Of a stretch of DNA of 64,000 nucleotides, positions 59,298 through 64,000 are shown piece by piece; within the stretch, counting starts at the first letter, position 1; each line of letters opens with the position of its first letter. A program made the translations under genes and the position numbers. This DNA is from Verrucomicrobiales bacterium (lineage in GTDB: Bacteria; Verrucomicrobiota; Verrucomicrobiia; Verrucomicrobiales; V1-33): NCBI GenBank assembly GCA_031411295.1, contig JANOAV010000051.1, positions 32,001 through 96,000 on the forward strand. Direction: 5' to 3'. Below the pieces are notes generated by a model. The model made no database searches. It had not been told where the DNA came from and saw only the letters and a list, made by a program, of their open reading frames with translations.

Positions 59298-61469
59298 TTA
59301 TTCGGCGGCGGGGGCTTCGGCGGCGGGGGTGCCGTTGGCGGCGGCGGCTTCGGCCAGTTCCTTTTCGCGTTCTTTGAGGACGGCTCGGCGGGACATTTTC
59401 ACGCGGCCTTTTTCGTCGATGCCGACGCATTTGGCGGTTACGGTGTCGCCTACTTTGACGATGTCTTCAACGTATTGGACGCGGAAGTCGGCTAGTTCAC
59501 TGATGTGAATCAGGCCGTCTTTGCCAGGGAAGATGCTCATGAAGGCTCCGAAGTCTTTGGTGCTGACGACTTTGCCGGTATAGGTCATGCCGATTTCCAC
59601 TTCTGCGAAGAGGTTGCGGATCATGGCCACTGCGCGCTCCATGCCTTCGCGCTTGATGGCGTAAACGTGGACGGTGCCGTCTTCTTCGATGTCGATTTTG
59701 GCTCCGCTTTCCGCTTGGATTCCTTTGATGACTTTGCCGCCTGGCCCGATCAGTTCACCGATACGATCTTGGTCGATCTTGATGGTTTCGATCCGTGGAG
59801 CGTATGGGCTAATTTCGCTTGGAGCGGCAATAATGCCGGCCATGACTTCGAGGATGGCGGTGCGGCCGATTTTGGCTTTCTTGATGCCTTCTTCGAGGAT
59901 GGCGAGCGGGAGACCGGGGAGCTTGAGGTCAAGCTGGTAGCCGGTGACACCCAGTTCCGTGCCGCACAATTTGAAGTCCATGTCACCGAAGTGATCTTCG
60001 CTGCCGAGGATGTCCAGCATGGTCAAATAACGCTTCATCACGTTGTTGTCATCGTGCTCGGAAACGAGGCCGACGCTGATGCCAGCGACGGGGCGTTTCA
60101 GAGGGACACCGGCTTGGAGCAAGGCCATGACGCCGGAACAAACGGAGGCCATGGAGGTGGAACCGTTGGATTCCATGACTTCGCTGCTGATCCGCATGGC
60201 GTAGGGGAAATCTTCGACGTCAGGGATGACGGGAACGATGGACTTTTCAGCCAGCGCACCGTGACCGATTTCGCGACGATTCTGACCACCGAAGCGGCCA
60301 GTTTCGCCCACGGAGAACGGAGGGAAGTTGTAATGGAGGAGGAAACGTTTGGCGTTAGGACCGCCGGTGTAGTTATCGAACTCCTGAGCTTCATCCAACG
60401 GAGCGAGCGTGGCGAGGGCCAGCGCTTGGGTTTCGCCACGGGCAAACAAGGCGCTGCCGTGGGTCCGGGGGATCAGACCCACTTCGCCACTGAGATCGCG
60501 GAGTTGGTCAATGCCGCGTCCGTCGCAACGGTTTTGCTTGTCGAGGATGGAAATGCGGAACGCCTTCTTCTGCAGGTAGTCAAAGGCTTGGGACATTTCG
60601 AAGCTGCCAGCTTCAGGGAACTTGGCCAGGATGGCGGCGTTCACTTCGTTACGCAGAGCGTCCACGGCTTTGCCACGGGCGGTCTTGGTGGGAGTGTAGA
60701 GGGCGGCTTCGATCCGGTCTCCAGCGACGGCGTAAGCCACTTCGAGGAGTTCGTCTTTGGCGAGCACTGGGGTGAACTCGCGCTTCACTTTACCTGCGGC
60801 TGTGATGAGCGTTTCCTGTGCGGAAATCAGCGGCTGAATGGCTGCTTGAGCGAAATGCAACGCTTTAACGAATTCGGCTTCAGGGAGTTCCTTGGCGTCG
60901 CCCTCGATCATGATGACTTCGGTTTTGCTGCCGACGTAAACCAGATCCAGATCGCTGTCTTCGCGTTGGGTATGGGTGGGGTTGGCCACGAACTCACCAT
61001 TCACGCGACCCACGCGCACTGCACCGATTGGGTAAGCGAAGGGAATGTCAGACAAGCAGAGAGCGGCAGAAGCACCGTTCATGGCGAGGATGTCGGAATC
61101 GTTTTCACCATCAGCGCTCAAGAGCAGGGCGACGATCTGGGTGTCGAAGAGGTAGCCTTTGGGGAAGAGCGGACGCAGTGGGCGGTCCGTCATCCGGCAC
61201 GTGAGGATTTCTTTTTCCGTAGGGCGGCCTTCGCGTTTGAAGTAACCACCAGGGAATTTCCCGGCAGCAGAGGCTTTTTCTTTGTATTCAACGGAGAGGG
61301 GGAACCAGTCTTGGCCGTCCTTGACCTTGGTGGCACTCACGGCGGTCACGATGACCATGGTTTCACCGAGGGTAACGGTGACGGCTCCATCGGCCAAGCG
61401 GGCCATTTTACCGGTTTCAATTTTGATGTCTTGGCCGCCGACGTGGGCGATCGCATTGTGGATACTCAT
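59298..61469 (-). CDS. pnp: Polyribonucleotide nucleotidyltransferase
   Basis: GKFPGGYFKREGRP, RREIGHG, EDHFGDMDFK, KH (IGPGGK) and S1 domains; 723 aa. Confidence 0.98.
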   Translation of the reverse strand: MSIHNAIAHVGGQDIKIETGKMARLADGAVTVTLGETMVIVTAVSATKVKDGQDWFPLSVEYKEKASAAGKFPGGYFKREGRPTEKEILTCRMTDRPLRPLFPKGYLFDTQIVALLLSADGENDSDILAMNGASAALCLSDIPFAYPIGAVRVGRVNGEFVANPTHTQREDSDLDLVYVGSKTEVIMIEGDAKELPEAEFVKALHFAQAAIQPLISAQETLITAAGKVKREFTPVLAKDELLEVAYAVAGDRIEAALYTPTKTARGKAVDALRNEVNAAILAKFPEAGSFEMSQAFDYLQKKAFRISILDKQNRCDGRGIDQLRDLSGEVGLIPRTHGSALFARGETQALALATLAPLDEAQEFDNYTGGPNAKRFLLHYNFPPFSVGETGRFGGQNRREIGHGALAEKSIVPVIPDVEDFPYAMRISSEVMESNGSTSMASVCSGVMALLQAGVPLKRPVAGISVGLVSEHDDNNVMKRYLTMLDILGSEDHFGDMDFKLCGTELGVTGYQLDLKLPGLPLAILEEGIKKAKIGRTAILEVMAGIIAAPSEISPYAPRIETIKIDQDRIGELIGPGGKVIKGIQAESGAKIDIEEDGTVHVYAIKREGMERAVAMIRNLFAEVEIGMTYTGKVVSTKDFGAFMSIFPGKDGLIHISELADFRVQYVEDIVKVGDTVTAKCVGIDEKGRVKMSRRAVLKEREKELAEAAAANGTPAAEAPAAE

Positions 61470-61871
61470 AGTATTTACTTATTCTGTTTTGGTTGTTCGG
61501 ATGCACCCTCACCACAAGCTGATGTGGATGCGAAGTGATCTTCCCAGCCGGAAATATTAGGCGGGGAGAATCTGTTACGGTGCTTCCGGGCGGGAAATTT
61601 ACATTTCCTGACGGGAGGCGGTTTGTGGATTCCGAATGTGCCTGGCAGAAGGAAGGAGGCTTCTTTGTGGTTCCGCTTATCGTCGCTGAGCTTTGCTGAA
61701 ATGTGGCTTGGCTTGGTTGAAGCTTGGCCGGTGTGGGCTGATGGGCGGGACGCCCATGCCACTTTTTCTTTCAGAAGAGGTCAGCGCTGATCAGCGGATG
61801 TCCTTCCTTCGTGGTGCAGGAGCAGTCGGCTTGTGCGCCTGCTCCGTTCGGGAAATTGTAGTTTGGTAAAT

Positions 61872-61923
61872 GCGAAAACCCTGACTCCAGAGTTTGTGTA
61901 TCGGTGGAGTCAGGATTTCGCGA
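61872..61923 (-). terminator. Hairpin/terminator downstream of rpsO
   Basis: gcgaaaaccctgactcca ... tggagtcaggatttcgc inverted repeat. Confidence 0.65.
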
Positions 61924-61947
61924 AAATATCTAATTGGCAGCCAAGGC

Positions 61948-62205
61948 TTAGCGGCGGAGGCCGAGGGTCTTGATGACCTTTTGGTAACGCGGCTCGTCGG
62001 TGTTCTTCAGGTAATCCAGAAGGCGACGGCGGTTGGCTACGAGCATCAACAGACCACGACGGGAAGAGAAATCCTTCCGGTGGGTGCTGAGGTGTTCGGT
62101 CAAATGGAGGATGCGGGCGCTCATGAGGGCGATCTGGACATCGGAAGAACCGGTGTCTTTATCGTGCAACTTGAGGGCGGTAAGGGCTGGGGTTGGAGCA
62201 GGCAT
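61948..62205 (-). CDS. rpsO: 30S ribosomal protein S15
   Basis: [34 protein letters not shown]; conserved rpsO-pnp gene order. Confidence 0.98.
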   Translation of the reverse strand: MPAPTPALTALKLHDKDTGSSDVQIALMSARILHLTEHLSTHRKDFSSRRGLLMLVANRRRLLDYLKNTDEPRYQKVIKTLGLRR

Positions 62206-62416
62206 GTTTTAGCTGGAATTTTAAGAGTCGGGAGAGAACCACAGTTTTGCGGAGGTGCAAGAAGAATTTCATGCACGTGAGAAATCTAGTTTGGAGAGTG
62301 CGATGGTGAATGGTTGGAGCAGGATGACTTGAGTGACCTTAGGCAACTGAGTAGAATCTGCCATCAGAGAATTTGCTGATTGAAAGTTCGCCAGAGCCAA
62401 GTCTATGGTGCGCGCA

Positions 62417-64000
62417 ATGAGTGAGGAATTACTGGTGCCCGAGATGACACCACCCCAGATACATGATCCCATGGCAGTCCATGACGAGGAGGCTCCGTGC
62501 CGCCCTTCGTTATGGAAGGTGGTGGTGATTCAGTCGCAGAATGCGCTGAATGACAAGATTGCCCAGTATGTTCTGCTGGGGCTGGCGCAGGTGATTCCAG
62601 CGCTCACCAATTCACAACGCGAGGCGTATGCCCACGTGGGGGCGCTGCTGCTGGCATTGCCCTTGATCTTGTTCATGCCGCTGGCCGGTTGGTTGGCGGA
62701 CCGGTATTCGAAACGCTCAATCCTGCTCTGGTGCTCCATTGCCCAATGGGCGGGGATGGCGGCAATTGCCGTGAGCTTCTATTTTGACTGGTTCTGGGCA
62801 GCCACGTTTTGTTTCTTCATTCTCGCCACGCAGGCGACGATCTTTAGTCCGGCCAAAGGTGGAATCATTAAGGAACTGGTGGGAGAGAAGCAGCTCTCCT
62901 GGGCCAACAGCTGGGTGCAGGCCACCGGCTTGGTGGCGATTGTAGCAGGACCATGGCTGGGGGGCGCGTTGTTTAAATGGGCGGCTCCCTACTTTAAGGA
63001 TGAACCGCACATGGCAGCGTTCTGGCCCGCCTTCCTGCTGGCGCTGGCGGCTTTGATTCCGGTGCTCTTGGCGTATCGGGTGCGACGAACCCCTTCGCAT
63101 TCGCAAGAGCCAGCGCGCTGGGGCTTGCTGTGGGAGCACTTTTTCCATCTGAAAGATTTGCTGCGGGAACGCACGCTCCGCCTGACCGCTTGCGGGGTGT
63201 CGTTCTTTTGGTTTGCCGCTACCTTGATTGCGTTGCTGCTGGTGCAGGTGGCGCAGGTGATGACGGATGATCGCTCTGCGCAGGCAGAGTTGAGTGGATT
63301 TTTGCTGGTCTGGGTGGGACTGGGCATTGCTGCCGGCAGTGTGATTGTGGGGTTAATTTCGACCAACCGCATTGAACTGGGGTTGATTCCGCTGGGTGGC
63401 TTGGGGATGGCCATGGGGTGTGTTGCGGTGGCGCTGCCGTGGATTGATCTGGGCGGCTGGGTCTTCAATGTTTTGATGTTCTGGATCGGCATCAGCAGTG
63501 CCGTCTTTCTGGTGCCGCTGAATGCTTATTTGCAGGATTTGGTGGAGCCAGCCAAACGCGGTCGGCAACTGGCGGCCAGCGGGCTGATGGATTCGCTAGG
63601 GATGTTCTTCGGGATCATTGTGCAATACGTGCTCCTCAAAGTGGTGGGATTGACGGGGGATGCGGGGGTTCGGGTGCAGTTTGTGGTCTTCGGCGGGTTG
63701 TGCCTGCTCACCGCTGTTTATGTGGTGCGGATCATCCCCCAGAATTTCCTGCGCTTTGTCTGTCTGGCGTTGATCAAACTAATCTATCGGGTCCGTGTGG
63801 AGCACAGTGACCGCATTCCCAAGACGGGCGGGGCGTTGCTGATCGCGAATCATGTCAGTTACATTGATGCCTTTATCGTCTCTGCCGCTTGCGAGCGAAA
63901 GGTGCGTTTTATTGCTTCCGATCAGTTTCACAAAATGCGCTTCATCGGCCCATTCCTAACGCTATTCGACGTCGTGCCCGTGAGCCCCACGCGAGCCAAG
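62417..64000 (+). CDS. MFS transporter-acyltransferase fusion (LplT/Aas-like), truncated by the window end
   Basis: Open frame with QSQNALND, AGWLADRYSK, FSPAKGGII, and near 63845 the PlsC motif IANHVSYID; no stop inside the window. Confidence 0.85.
   Translation, partial: MSEELLVPEMTPPQIHDPMAVHDEEAPCRPSLWKVVVIQSQNALNDKIAQYVLLGLAQVIPALTNSQREAYAHVGALLLALPLILFMPLAGWLADRYSKRSILLWCSIAQWAGMAAIAVSFYFDWFWAATFCFFILATQATIFSPAKGGIIKELVGEKQLSWANSWVQATGLVAIVAGPWLGGALFKWAAPYFKDEPHMAAFWPAFLLALAALIPVLLAYRVRRTPSHSQEPARWGLLWEHFFHLKDLLRERTLRLTACGVSFFWFAATLIALLLVQVAQVMTDDRSAQAELSGFLLVWVGLGIAAGSVIVGLISTNRIELGLIPLGGLGMAMGCVAVALPWIDLGGWVFNVLMFWIGISSAVFLVPLNAYLQDLVEPAKRGRQLAASGLMDSLGMFFGIIVQYVLLKVVGLTGDAGVRVQFVVFGGLCLLTAVYVVRIIPQNFLRFVCLALIKLIYRVRVEHSDRIPKTGGALLIANHVSYIDAFIVSAACERKVRFIASDQFHKMRFIGPFLTLFDVVPVSPTRAK

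Noticed and set aside
59505..61538. 677-aa plus-strand ORF opposite pnp (likewise 11639..12808 opposite ygiQ)
   Set aside because: Antisense shadow frames expected from codon bias in GC-rich genes; no recognisable motifs.

Overview
A GC-rich bacterial chromosomal window. Gene content (DUF1501, sulfatase, lamin-tail/CotH giant protein, many REP-like palindromes) suggests Verrucomicrobiota; this is inference, not a search result. The backbone is housekeeping and metabolic genes: nhaR-like LysR, SSS transporter, ygiQ, M42 peptidase, pyk, kup, hisI-folK-panB, der, pgsA-like, pnp, rpsO and an MFS-acyltransferase. Two accessory regions stand out. (1) About 4.9-11.4 kb, downstream of ygiQ, is an integrase-free defence island: a decayed nucleotidyltransferase-type module, HipBA, a VapBC pair running directly into a Hachiman (hamA-hamB) anti-phage system, and a Fic remnant. 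(2) About 53.6-59.2 kb, downstream of pnp, cargo (an FGE-domain gene with one in-frame TGA, a secreted lipase-like gene, a VapBC pair) is interleaved with diverged fragments of pnp and a second pnp terminator. A short degenerate ygiQ copy lies inside island 1, so both islands show the pattern core gene - cargo - remnant of the same core gene. Also notable: a voltage-gated channel with a Ca-channel-like TLDAWSD filter, three apparently leaderless TA promoters, two orphan genes bracketed by direct REP doublets, and a papain-like protease with a 24-bp-repeat acidic tail. No rRNA, tRNA, CRISPR array, integrase or transposase was found. All calls come from reading motifs; no database searches were run.
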